Source: an uncultured archaeon (GTDB lineage Archaea; Thermoproteota; Bathyarchaeia; Bathyarchaeales; Bathycorpusculaceae). From it: 64,000 bases of DNA. The position numbers and the translations under genes are program-made. Below are positions 1-9,900 of the stretch, piece after piece. The notes beneath the pieces were generated by a model. It made no database searches, was not told where the DNA came from, and was given only the letters and a program-made list of their open reading frames with translations. The stretch is from positions 118,460 to 182,459 of the forward strand of contig CAWALK010000019.1 of assembly GCA_963782915.1 (NCBI GenBank). The letters run 5' to 3'. Every line of letters begins with the position of its first letter. Position 1 is the stretch's first letter.

Positions 1-46
1 CTTCGCTGTTATCGAAGAAGCATACAAGGAGGCAAAAGTGGAATGA
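1..46 (+). CDS. porG: 3' end of 2-oxoacid:ferredoxin oxidoreductase gamma subunit (partial)
   Basis: Frame from nt 2 reads FAVIEEAYKEAKVE*; ATGA overlap with the delta subunit start; usual gamma-delta-alpha-beta order. Confidence 0.7.
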   Translation, partial: FAVIEEAYKEAKVE

Positions 47-327
47 GTCGCAAAGAGAAAACTTGGAAAGAAATCTCAATCGCAGGTGTTCCACCTAAAT
101 CAAGCATAGGCTTCATGACCGGCGACTGGAAAACTTACATGCCAATCCGTGACCTAGAAAAATGCACCACCTGCCTAACCTGTGTGATGTTTTGCCCGGA
201 AGGAGCAATCCGTTACCGCCCGGAAGCAGGGAAAATCGAGTTTGACTTCAGCTTCTGCAAAGGATGCGGAATATGCGCTAACGAATGCCCAACTAAAGCA
301 ATAACAATGAAGATGCCCGAGGAATAA
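43..327 (+). CDS. porD: Pyruvate/2-oxoacid:ferredoxin oxidoreductase delta subunit
   Basis: TGDWKT motif and two CxxCxxCxxxCP 4Fe-4S motifs. Confidence 0.92.
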   Translation: MSRKEKTWKEISIAGVPPKSSIGFMTGDWKTYMPIRDLEKCTTCLTCVMFCPEGAIRYRPEAGKIEFDFSFCKGCGICANECPTKAITMKMPEE

Positions 328-329
328 GT

Positions 330-1565
330 ATGGCTGCACAAAAAACTAAACAAGAAATTGTTGCTATGAACGGGGACGAAGCAGTCGCGTTTGCAGTTAA
401 ACAATGCGACGTTGACGTAGTTGCCGCTTACCCCATTACACCACAAACTATCATTGTGGAAAAATTCAGTGAGTATGTTGCCAACGGTGAAGTTCAAACA
501 CAGTATGTTTGCACTGAATCTGAACACAGCGCTATGACTGCTTGTATTGCAGCCGCCGCAACGGGTGCACGAACCTTCACAGCAAGCGCCTCCGCAGGTT
601 TAGCTTTGATGCATGAAATGCTCTTCGTCGCTTCAGGTTCACGTGTTCCAATCGTTATGGCAGTAGCAAACCGTGCATTATCTGCGCCGCTGAACATTCA
701 TGGTGACCAATCAGACGCTATGGCAGAGCGGGATAGCGGATGGATACAAATCTACGCTGAAAACGCTCAAGAAGCCTACGACTCAATCATACAAGCCTTC
801 AAAATCGCCGAAGACCTCAACATCAACTTACCCGTCATAGTAGGTATCGACGGCTTCACCATCAGCCACACGCTTGAACGCGTTGATGTGCTCTCTGAAG
901 AGGATGTCAGAGGCTATGTCGGTGAACGCATGTATCCATTAGTGCTTACTCACGAAGGCAAAACAGTGCCCTTCAAACTGGACCCAGCTAACCCAATGAC
1001 TATGGGACCCAACGCCTTACAGAACTACTACTTCGAATTCAAACGCCAACAAGAAGAAGGCATGAGAGTTGCCTTAAAGAAGATACAAGAAGTCAACACT
1101 GAATACGCTAAACTAAGCGGCAGAAGCTACGGCAACGGCTTAATCGATGCCTACAAACTCGACGATGCAGAAGTCGCAATCGTTGTTATCGGCTCTACCG
1201 CCGGAACCTTAAAGGTCATAGTTGACGAACTTCGCGAAGAAGGCATCAAAGCGGGTGTTCTTAGAATCCGCTCCTTTAGACCCTTCCCAGCAGAAGACAT
1301 AAAGAATGCACTCAAAAACGCCAAAGCAGTCGCAGTTATGGACAAAAGCATGTGTCCCGGCGGCTTAGGCGCAGCAGTCTACAACGAAGTGCGAAACGCC
1401 CTCTATGATGTGAAACAGCGCCCATTAATGGTTAATTACATATTCGGTTTAGGCGGCAGAGACTACAGCCCCCATGAACTACGCAGAATCTACGAAGACC
1501 TCCTCAAGATAGCTAAAACAGGGCAAGCTGAGAAACAAATTAACTATTTAGGATTAAGGGAGTAA
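330..1565 (+). CDS. porA: Pyruvate/2-oxoacid:ferredoxin oxidoreductase alpha subunit
   Basis: AAYPITPQT, ESEHSAM and NRALSAPLNIHGD motifs. Confidence 0.95.
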   Translation: MAAQKTKQEIVAMNGDEAVAFAVKQCDVDVVAAYPITPQTIIVEKFSEYVANGEVQTQYVCTESEHSAMTACIAAAATGARTFTASASAGLALMHEMLFVASGSRVPIVMAVANRALSAPLNIHGDQSDAMAERDSGWIQIYAENAQEAYDSIIQAFKIAEDLNINLPVIVGIDGFTISHTLERVDVLSEEDVRGYVGERMYPLVLTHEGKTVPFKLDPANPMTMGPNALQNYYFEFKRQQEEGMRVALKKIQEVNTEYAKLSGRSYGNGLIDAYKLDDAEVAIVVIGSTAGTLKVIVDELREEGIKAGVLRIRSFRPFPAEDIKNALKNAKAVAVMDKSMCPGGLGAAVYNEVRNALYDVKQRPLMVNYIFGLGGRDYSPHELRRIYEDLLKIAKTGQAEKQINYLGLRE

Positions 1566-1571
1566 ACGAAA

Positions 1572-2543
1572 ATGACGACTCAAGAATGGAAATTCACAGC
1601 AAAAGACATTGCAGCAAAACCAGACTTATTCATGTCCGGTCACCGCGCATGCGCAGGCTGCGGACCAGTATCCGTGCTACGCCTCGTCATGAAAGCCACC
1701 CGTGGACCAACCATCGTTACGCAAGCAACAGGCTGCATGGAAATCGTCGGCTCCATCTATCCCTACACATCCTGGGGCTTACCCTGGCTTCACACCGCTT
1801 TCGAGAATGCAGCTGCAAACGCTTCAGGCATCGATGCAGCAATAAAAATCATGCGCAAAAAGGGCAAAATAAAAGATGAACACGTCGACATCATCGCCAT
1901 TGCAGGCGACGGTGGAACATACGACATCGGTTTACAAGCACTCTCAGGCGCAGTTGAACGCGGACACGACTTCCTCTTCGTACTCTACGATAACGAAGGT
2001 TACATGAACACCGGCATCCAAAGAAGCAGCTCAACCCCAATCGGTGCAGCAACAACCACAAGCCCCGCAGGCTCCGTAATACCCGGCAAACTGGAAAAGA
2101 AGAAACCCATCACCGAAATCATGCTTGCACACGAAATGGAATACGTCGCCACAGCAACACCCTACTACTGGAAAGACCTCCTAACCAAAGTCCGCAAAGG
2201 ACTCGAAGTTGAAGGTCCAGCGTTTCTGCATGTGTTCGCGCCATGCCCAAGAGGCTGGAGAAGCGACCCCGCAAAAACCATGGAGTACTCAAAACTCTCA
2301 GTTGAAAGCTGCGTCTTCCCAATCTGGGAAGCAGTCAACGGCAAACGCCAACTATCAACACCAAGCAAAGTCATCTCGCTAGCACCACAGAAAAAGAAAC
2401 CAGTCAAAGCTTACCTTGAAGGACAAGGCAGATTCCGCCACCTCTTCACACCACAGAACCAGCATATCATCGATGAGATTCAGCAGTCAACTGATGCGCG
2501 CTGGGCTAAACTGCTCCAGAAATGCGAAACAGGCACAAACTAA
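1572..2543 (+). CDS. porB: Pyruvate/2-oxoacid:ferredoxin oxidoreductase beta subunit
   Basis: GHRACAGCG, TPP-binding GDGG...DNEGYMNTGIQRS, PCPRGW. Confidence 0.95.
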   Translation: MTTQEWKFTAKDIAAKPDLFMSGHRACAGCGPVSVLRLVMKATRGPTIVTQATGCMEIVGSIYPYTSWGLPWLHTAFENAAANASGIDAAIKIMRKKGKIKDEHVDIIAIAGDGGTYDIGLQALSGAVERGHDFLFVLYDNEGYMNTGIQRSSSTPIGAATTTSPAGSVIPGKLEKKKPITEIMLAHEMEYVATATPYYWKDLLTKVRKGLEVEGPAFLHVFAPCPRGWRSDPAKTMEYSKLSVESCVFPIWEAVNGKRQLSTPSKVISLAPQKKKPVKAYLEGQGRFRHLFTPQNQHIIDEIQQSTDARWAKLLQKCETGTN

Positions 2544-2600
2544 ACAACCCCTTTTCCTTTCCCTAAATTTTAGATATCAAATTAGCAAATCTTTTTTTTA
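2544..2600 (+). terminator. Pyrimidine/T-rich archaeal terminator after the por operon
   Basis: CCCCTTTTCCTTTCCC and a T8 tract just after the porB stop. Confidence 0.45.
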
Positions 2601-2613
2601 ATCAGGCTCTTGA

Positions 2614-2633
2614 TAAGTCGCCTCTAAAGAAAT
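2614..2633 (+). repeat. Dispersed core motif A (TAAGTCGCCTCTAAAGAAAT)
   Basis: 13-nt identity with 10914-10926, 18/20 with 25733-25752, inverted partial copies at 4624-4640 and 48661-48678. Confidence 0.6.
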
Positions 2634-2684
2634 GTTTTTATCTTTTCAAGCGTTGACCTAGTTAGTAATAGGTCGGATCTTTTT

Positions 2685-4571
2685 TTGCCTAAGTTTTTTG
2701 CAATAGTATTGACTGCAATTTTGTTTCTTGGCTTAGTGTTTGTAGGTGGAGTTGACCTAATAACGGGTCAAAGCGGTTCAGCCGTCGAGGGGATAATTAA
2801 CAAAGATACAACCTGGACAAAAGAAAGTAGCCCCTGCAACCTGACTGGGAACGTTCTTATCAACAATGAGGTTACCTTAACTGTTGAAGCAGGTGTTACC
2901 GTTAATCTTAATGGTTATTATATTGAAGTAAACGGTAGTTTCATAGCCAAAGGGACTGGTATTGACCCGATTTTCTTTAAAAACGGTTATGAATCTAATC
3001 AGGGTATAATTTTTGATCCAGCAAGCATCAGTTGGAACCAAAGCACAGGCATTGGATCAATCATTGAAAACGCAGCACTTGATTCTGTAGGAATATTTTG
3101 CTATGGTGCGACCCCTAGGATTAACCACAACTTGTTTTACAATTCAGGTAATTACATTCAAGCGCAATATGCAATTCTGTTTATAGGACCGTATAGCAAA
3201 CCCTCTATGGTTATTTCTAACAATACCTTTGTCTCAAACTACTCCCAAGCTGCAATAGAAATTAACTCCGCAGGCGTCTCACCCCCAATAATTATAAACA
3301 ATAATTTCGTCGGTACCAATCGCTATAATGTTCAATCTGGCTTTGATACACCATTAATTAATGCGACGTACAATTGGTGGGGCTCAACTGATTCACAAGC
3401 TATAAACCAGACAATTTTTGATTATAAAAATAATTTCCAAATTGGAACAGTTGACTTTGTGCCTTTCCTAACCGTACCAAACTCTCAAGCCCCAACTTAT
3501 ATAATTTCTTCCGCTGGTTACGGAGGTTCTATCGATCCATTCGGTTATGTTCCAGTAAGTTTTGGCAGCAACAAAACATTCAGCATTACAGCGAACAACG
3601 GGTATCGCATACTTGACGTTAAGATAAATGGGACTTCAGTTGGTATAGTTAGCTCTTATACTTTGCAAAACATTCAGGGAGCAACATCCATCTCCGCTAC
3701 TTTTATACTCAATCCAACCGTAACACCAATACCTTCGCCAACTCCTACCGTAACTCTAACTCCAACCCCAACAGGTACTACAACACCCACTTCTACTCCC
3801 AAACCTACAATTCCACCGATTCCAATCCCATCGCCCACAGCGAAATTGACGCCTTATCTAGAGGTTTCCTGCAAAAGTTCAGCTACTTACTCCCACTTTA
3901 AAGTGGACATTAATGGCCTTTTGACCGCAAATGACACAAGCCTACCCGATTTACCAGTTTTGCTTTCTTATAGTGTTGACGGAGGCAACTCTTGGGAGCC
4001 TCTTACACTTGTAAACACAGACAACTATGGCGGGTTTTCAGCTGAATGGATGCCCTCAGTCACCGGTAATTATTTTCTCAAAGCAGTTTACGCTGGCAAT
4101 TCAGACTATTCCCAAGTTACAACTATAGTTAACTTTGCAGTTTTGCCATTTGAAGAGAAAAATGTTTTCTCTATCGCTTCCAACTCAACTGTAACAGCGT
4201 TTGTTTTCAACTCAACAAACGAGGAATTAAGCTTCAGGGTTAGTGGCGAATCAGGGACAACTGGATATGTTAATGTTTTCATTCCGAAATCGCTTCTGAG
4301 TGACACTTCGGGCATGAATGTTTACATGGATGATAACAAATTGACTCCATCGATTGAGTCTCAAGGCGATCTGTGGCTTGTGTCTTTTACTTATCACCAC
4401 AGTACCCATCAAGTAACAATAAATATTGGTAATGAACCATCACCTCCATTTTTCGATAGCCAACTTGGACAATTAGCCATCGTTGGATTAGCGACGATTG
4501 CTATAGCAATTGTTGTAGTTGTAATTGTTCTTAAAAAACGCAAGGGTGCAGAGACCTACAGAGAGAAGTAG
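2685..4571 (+). CDS. Cell-surface protein: signal peptide, beta-helix-like domain, InlB/bacterial repeat domain, Pro/Thr linker, Ig-like domains, C-terminal TM anchor
   Basis: Hydrophobic N-terminus, NATYNWWG, GSNKTFSITANNGYRILDVKING, PT repeats, TM followed by KKRK. Confidence 0.85.
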   Translation: MPKFFAIVLTAILFLGLVFVGGVDLITGQSGSAVEGIINKDTTWTKESSPCNLTGNVLINNEVTLTVEAGVTVNLNGYYIEVNGSFIAKGTGIDPIFFKNGYESNQGIIFDPASISWNQSTGIGSIIENAALDSVGIFCYGATPRINHNLFYNSGNYIQAQYAILFIGPYSKPSMVISNNTFVSNYSQAAIEINSAGVSPPIIINNNFVGTNRYNVQSGFDTPLINATYNWWGSTDSQAINQTIFDYKNNFQIGTVDFVPFLTVPNSQAPTYIISSAGYGGSIDPFGYVPVSFGSNKTFSITANNGYRILDVKINGTSVGIVSSYTLQNIQGATSISATFILNPTVTPIPSPTPTVTLTPTPTGTTTPTSTPKPTIPPIPIPSPTAKLTPYLEVSCKSSATYSHFKVDINGLLTANDTSLPDLPVLLSYSVDGGNSWEPLTLVNTDNYGGFSAEWMPSVTGNYFLKAVYAGNSDYSQVTTIVNFAVLPFEEKNVFSIASNSTVTAFVFNSTNEELSFRVSGESGTTGYVNVFIPKSLLSDTSGMNVYMDDNKLTPSIESQGDLWLVSFTYHHSTHQVTINIGNEPSPPFFDSQLGQLAIVGLATIAIAIVVVVIVLKKRKGAETYREK

Positions 4572-4626
4572 AACCCCTAAGAGGGAAATTCGGTTGGCGG
4601 TTTTCAGAGTAATTAACACTCAGTCT

Positions 4627-4660
4627 CTTTATAGGCGAATGGGGTCCTCTGAGAGCAGCA
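4627..4660 (+). repeat. G-rich dispersed element (hybrid A/B copy)
   Basis: CTTTATAGGCGAATGGGGTCCTCTGAGAGCAGCA; shares GGTCCTCTGAG with the 62778-62808 copy. Confidence 0.6.
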
Positions 4661-4661
4661 G

Positions 4662-4853
4662 CGGCTTTTCAACTTAGCAGTTTTGCTTGGTTTGTCGGCG
4701 TTTGCGGCTCTATCGTATACGAGTGTGGCTTTGTTTGGAGTTGGAGCTGCGGCGCTGTTGCTGCTTTTCATCGGCATTCACAACGCCTGGGATAGCATAG
4801 TTTACCTTGCACTCTTCAGCAAACAGAATAAGAAGACAAACGGCGCTGATTGA
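4662..4853 (+). pseudogene. 3' fragment of an integral membrane protein gene
   Basis: Open frame RLFNLAVLLGLSAFAALSYTSVALFGVGAAALLLLFIGIHNAWDSIVYLAL...* with no 5' part; LLLLFIGIHNAWD resembles the C-terminus of a bacterial membrane protein family. Confidence 0.55.
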
Positions 4854-4951
4854 ATGCAAACTCAATTGCCCATGTCAATACGAAATGAGTTATGTCGAAG
4901 ATGCATTAGCTCCACTTCAATGGCGGCTTGTGACTTCAAAAGTAACAAGTT

Positions 4952-4988
4952 CATGCTTTCACATCCACACCGCGGCGGTTTCAAAATG
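4952..4988. repeat. 37-bp direct repeat copy 1 flanking hicAB (CRISPR-repeat-like)
   Basis: 30/37 identical to 5543-5579. Confidence 0.7.
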
Positions 4989-4992
4989 TTAA

Positions 4993-5214
4993 TCAGAGTA
5001 ATTCTATAAATTCTTCCTTAGATAGCCCTGTGTCTTTGATGATTTTTAGGAGTAAGCCTGAACCTATCTCTTCTCCTGAATGAACTGGGACAACGGTGAG
5101 GCGACCATCTGGATGTTTTAGAACCACATGGCTGCCGTGTTTTCTGGCTATTTCAAAACCCAATTTAGATAGAGCTTTAATTATTTTGGCTGCTGGTTGT
5201 GGTCTTAGGCTCAT
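4993..5214 (-). CDS. hicA: Type II toxin HicA (mRNA interferase)
   Basis: LGFEIARKHGSHVVLKHPDGRLTVVPVH, GLLLKIIK. Confidence 0.92.
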   Translation of the reverse strand: MSLRPQPAAKIIKALSKLGFEIARKHGSHVVLKHPDGRLTVVPVHSGEEIGSGLLLKIIKDTGLSKEEFIELL

Positions 5215-5427
5215 TTATGCTTGGACCTCTACAAACTGAACGCCAACAAGTTCGGTTCGACCAGAGCTTTTTTGTCCTTCTGTGGCTAAGCATGCTTGGA
5301 TGGCTTCCTTTATTCGTTCCATCACTTTATCAAGCGTTTTTGCTTGAGTGTGGCAACCGGGCAGTTCAGGAACAGAGGCAACATAGTAGCCCTCTTCGTC
5401 TTTCTCAACTACTACACCGAATTTCAC
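5215..5427 (-). CDS. hicB: HicB-family antitoxin (short, no DNA-binding domain)
   Basis: VVEKDEEGYYVASVPELPGCHTQAKTLDKVMERIKEAI. Confidence 0.92.
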   Translation of the reverse strand: MKFGVVVEKDEEGYYVASVPELPGCHTQAKTLDKVMERIKEAIQACLATEGQKSSGRTELVGVQFVEVQA

Positions 5428-5542
5428 GATTAATCACCAAGTCAATATCTTGTATGGTATAGGGTAACTAAACCTTTTCGCAGAATACAATAGGATAGGG
5501 CACAAAGAAGGTTCTATAGCATGAAAATAAATGCAAGCAACA

Positions 5543-5579
5543 CATGCTTCCACATCCACATGGGGACGATTTCAACATG
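5543..5579. repeat. 37-bp direct repeat copy 2 flanking hicAB (CRISPR-repeat-like)
   Basis: Minus strand of 5547-5576 reads GTTGAAATCGTCCCCATGTGGATGTGGAAG. Confidence 0.7.
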
Positions 5580-5731
5580 GCGCTATGTTGGGCGTGTGGT
5601 GTAAATCAGTTATCCCACACCCTAACGGGCGTTGGAAAACGTTGCACTGACAAAACGGGACTTGCTTCTCAAGCTGTCTTGTGGAAAATTAAAAGTCGCC
5701 ACACCCACATAAAGAGAAAAAATCAATTAGC

Positions 5732-5771
5732 CTTTTTATAAGGGAGGGGTCTGCTGCGAGAGCAACAAAAC
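5732..5771 (+). repeat. G-rich dispersed element B
   Basis: TTTTATAAGGGAGGGGTCTGCTGCGAGAGCAACAAAAC; shares ATAAGGGAGGGG and AGAGCAACAAAAC with the 60490-60537 copy. Confidence 0.7.
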
Positions 5772-5775
5772 ATGC

Positions 5776-6207
5776 CTAAGTTTTGTGTAGCCAGCCGCGT
5801 CCACCCTTCTTAGGTTGCTGACTAACCTTCTTTTCGGGTAGGTACTCGCTTTGGCGCCTGCTCTTTTGAGGATTAATTTCGGTCTTAACGAATTTAGTCC
5901 AGCCACCAACATTAACATCCGGTTGGACAAAGGTTTCTGGATTTTCAACTTTATGTTGCTCAAGTATTTCTTTAAAATTGAGGGGCTTGTAATCCCTCGA
6001 TGCGTGGATGATTGTTCCGCGTTCCACATGAAGAGAATCGTAGTTGCTGTTGGAGATGTCTTCTGCGCGAACCTTATCGTTTAAGCGTTCGCTCCAAAGC
6101 TGTTTCCATTGGACTCTAAGTTCCTCAACCAGCTTCTTTTGAGCTTGAATTCTGCCTTCGACGGTTTGGTCTGCAGAGTCTTTGGTTGAGTCACCACTAA
6201 CCTGCAA
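5776..6207 (-). CDS. Hypothetical protein
   Basis: 143-aa ORF with plausible composition and a purine-rich RBS-like upstream region. Confidence 0.7.
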   Translation of the reverse strand: MQVSGDSTKDSADQTVEGRIQAQKKLVEELRVQWKQLWSERLNDKVRAEDISNSNYDSLHVERGTIIHASRDYKPLNFKEILEQHKVENPETFVQPDVNVGGWTKFVKTEINPQKSRRQSEYLPEKKVSQQPKKGGRGWLHKT

Positions 6208-6297
6208 GTTGCCCTCTCTTCCTCTGTCTGCTACACTTATTTGTGTCGAATATTTAACCTTATTAACGGCAACCGCGAAAAATGCCCTAATGAAGGG

Positions 6298-6792
6298 TTA
6301 TGCTGAGCCTGTTATTACGATATTCATGCCGAAACTTGTTACTGAGCCTGTATCGGCTGCTACTGTTAGGGTCAATGTTGCTGGAACAATGTTGCCTGCG
6401 GTTAAACTGGTGGCTTCCTTGTTCCATGATAGGGTTAAGACTGTGCTTGCTGCTGTTGGGTTCCACTCAGTGGCGTACATGCTTAAGGTTTGAGCGGTGT
6501 TGCCGGTGTTTTTAATGTAGATTGTTCTTGAGATAGTTTGGCCTGGTTGGATGGTTCCCCATTCTATGCTTGTGCATTTAGTTGTTGCATCTGCGTTTGT
6601 GTAGATGTCTAGGTTGGTTGTGCCGGTTATGGGCGCTTGAGTTGGGTCTGGTTCGTTATTGCCGGGTGCCTGAATGGTTCCGCTTGAAGGTAAATTCTGC
6701 GAGCTTAACACTGCTGCTGTTACCGCTGTTAAGACAACGGCTAAAGTGACAAGTGCAACCAGCGGTACGAGGAGTTTTTTGTTTAGGTTCAG
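6298..6792 (-). CDS. Small secreted beta-rich protein with N-terminal signal/anchor (probable CTG start at 6792)
   Basis: Frame stays open upstream of 6711 and gives LNLNKKLLVPLVALVTLAVVLTAVTAA; GGGGCG lies upstream; IEWGTIQPGQ...IYIKNTGN motif. Confidence 0.75.
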   Translation of the reverse strand: MNLNKKLLVPLVALVTLAVVLTAVTAAVLSSQNLPSSGTIQAPGNNEPDPTQAPITGTTNLDIYTNADATTKCTSIEWGTIQPGQTISRTIYIKNTGNTAQTLSMYATEWNPTAASTVLTLSWNKEATSLTAGNIVPATLTLTVAADTGSVTSFGMNIVITGSA

Positions 6793-6943
6793 TTTGTTCG
6801 CCCCTACAAAATAAAATGGTGTATAGCATCTTAATAAACACTATACACGATTCATATTAAAAACTGAACTGTACAACAATCCTACAAAAATGAATTACAC
6901 AAACATATTCATAATATGAATAAAAAATGGTCCCATAGCTAAC

Positions 6944-9900
6944 CTATTTAGCGCCACCCGCAACTGGCAATTCTACCGTAAAAGTCGCACCCCTACCCTG
7001 CTCACTCCTAAACGTAATCGAGCTGTTCTGTGCCTCCATAAGCCGTTTACACACCGCTAACCCAAAACCCTGACCCTTAGCTTTGGTAGTAAAGAGCGGC
7101 TTGAAAATTAGGTCTTTTTGCCCTTCAGGAATACCAACACCCGTATCTTGAACGTTAACCTCTATTTTGCCATCTTTAGGCTCAACGCTTATAGTAATTT
7201 TGCCTCCGTTTGGCATAGCTTGGACACTGTTTGTAAACAGGTTCAGAAGGGTACGTTGAAGATATGATCGGTCAGTCAATACTTTCGGTGAAGCCTCAGG
7301 AATTCGAATGGAAACCTGGACGTTTTGTGGGATTTTAAGGGTTTTTAACGCCATGTCTATTATCTCTCTAATATTGGAACTTTTTATTTCTGGACAAAGC
7401 GGCTTTGCATAATCCTGAAGGTCTGCGGCTATTTTGCTAATGTATTCAGTCTGTTGTTCGATGAGGTCTATGCTTTCTTTAAGGCTATTTTTTGATTCTC
7501 CTTCAGGCAAATTATCTATCTCTACCTTAGCTAAATACACCGTTCCAGTAATGCTCTGCAACGGATTGCGGATGTCATGCCCAATCATGCCCGCGGTTTC
7601 ACCGATGCCTGCCATGCGTTCAGCTTTTTTTAGTTCAATGGTTCGTTCACGAACAATTTCTTCAAGCTTTATCGTTTGCTGTTTCAGACTATTTTCCAAT
7701 TTTTTGAGTTCGGTGATTTCGCTTATTATGCCCACTGCGAAGTTGACTTCGCCTTTTTTGGTGGTTTCAGGGGCTATGTTGTATTGGATAATTTTTATCG
7801 CTTTTTTGGTTTTTAGTTCAAACTCGCCCTTTTCAGCTTTTTTGCCTTCAAAAACCTTGCTTAAGGAGTCAATTAATTGCTGAGAAGGTCCCTTTAGGAT
7901 ATCTACTTCGTTGATTGTTTTGCCAACTGCTTCTTTCGGTTGTATATCCAGAATTTTTTTTGCAGATGGGCTTAGATAAATAAATTGTAACTTGCTGCTG
8001 AACCGTACAATGACCTCTGGCGAGTTTTCGGCGAGTGCACGATATTTCTCTGCATCTTGCTGGATTCTGGTTTGCGCCTGCTTAATATCGTCAATATCAA
8101 TGAAAGCAATCACTGCGCCATCGATTTTCTTTTGCTCGGTAACATATGGGCGGATACGTAGTTCATACCATCGCCCTTTCGGGTCTTGCAAATCTAATTT
8201 AACAATGGTAAGGCGAGTAACCACGGAAGTTATCATATTTTCTAAGTCGTTAACGGGAATATTTAGCCGAATATTCATGATTGAGCGTCCAACATCCGTT
8301 GGGATGAGGCCCAAAATTTCCTGTGATAGAAGTGTAAATTTCCTGATTTTTAGGTCATTGTCAACCATGATTATAGGCATATCTATGTTTTTGATAAGGT
8401 TTGTTAAGTCGTCGTTTGAACGTGCCAAGTCAGCGTTTCTAATCTGTAATTCATCGTTTAAGGTTTTTAATTCTTCATTGCTTGACTGAAGTTCCTCGCG
8501 AGCTGTTTCTAATTCTTCGTTTGTGCTTTGGAGTTCTTCGTTGCTTGATTGGACTTCCTCCATGGCGGCACGTAATTCTTCGTTGGTTCCTTCTTCTTCC
8601 TCAATGATTGTTTGTAGCGATTGTTTAGTTGAATCAAGCTCTTCTCTGAGCTCTTGCATTTGTTTGTCTCTGCTTAACGTTTCGGGAGCAGTTTCAGCAG
8701 CAAGTGTTTGAGCAGTGTTGGTCGACTCTTTGAATAATATTAGGTAAAAGGTGTCATTGAAGTCTTTGGAGGTTACCGGCAATATGTCTAGATTTATTGT
8801 TTTGCAGACACCGTTGATTTCGAAAGCCAAATTTTCTATAGTTACTGGCTTATTTTCTCTTTTAACTCGGTAAATGCCTGCTTGCGCTTCCAGTTTTATT
8901 TCTTCGCGAAGCATCTTGCTGATGTTTAGACTTGCTTCCCCTGATTCCGGAAGAATATACGGTGACAAGTTACCTCGGAAAAGCAGGATATTCAAGTTCT
9001 GGTTTACCAGAAGCATGGCTGGAACATACTTGGAAATTACGATTTTATCGACTTCTTCCCGAATAGTTGCTAACCTGTCCTTTTTGGGTAATTGAATGGT
9101 TGCTGTTTTAGGGGTGGGAATTTGGAAGCTTTCAAATCCAAGTGTGACTTGAGAGGGCGATTTCTTCTTTATAAAAACTGCCCCTTTCTTCTCTATCGGC
9201 GAGAAAAGATCGGTGAATTTTCCGATACTTTCCGATTCTCCCAACATCAAATACCCATTGGGTTTAAGTGCGTAGCTAAGGATTGGAATCACTCTTTCCT
9301 GCAGGGTGGCGTCTAGGTAAATCAGTACGTTTCTGCAACTAACTAAATCTATGTTTGAAAAAGGCGGGTCCCTTGTAAGGTCTTGACGTGCGAACACGCA
9401 TCTTTCTCGGATATATTTGGCAATTTGGTAGCTGCCATTTATTCTCTCAAAATATTTTCTTAGCCTATTTTCTGAAACGTCTGTTTCTATGGTTTTAGGG
9501 TAAACCGCTTGGCGTGCTTTTTCTATATTTTTCTCGTTAATGTCAGTTGCAAAAATTTGAACCAATTGATGAGTCGAGCTTGTTAGCTCCAAAAACTCTT
9601 GAAGGGCAATAGCGATTGAATACACTTCTTCGCCTGTGGAGCAACCCGAAACCCAAATGCGAATTGCAGCATCAGGGGTTTTAGTTCTTAAGATTTCGGG
9701 GAATATCCTTTCTTTGAGTACATCAAAGGTGTGTGGTTCTCGGAAAAAATTTGTGACTCCAATTAGCATATCGCTAAATAACGCTTGGAGTTCTTTTGGA
9801 TTTGACTGTAAAAAGTTAATGTAGTTTTGAATGTCGTCTGTGTGGTTGATAACCATGCGTCTGGTGATTCTGCGGCTAATTGTTGCTTCTTTATAGTGGG

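Noticed and set aside
5587-5626. Integron attC site
   Set aside because: The GTT and AAC boxes are in the opposite order to RYYYAAC...GTTRRRY, and no integron integrase is present.
4890-5645. A true CRISPR array
   Set aside because: Only two clear repeats about 590 bp apart, no regular spacers, leader or cas genes; kept only as a repeat-like finding.
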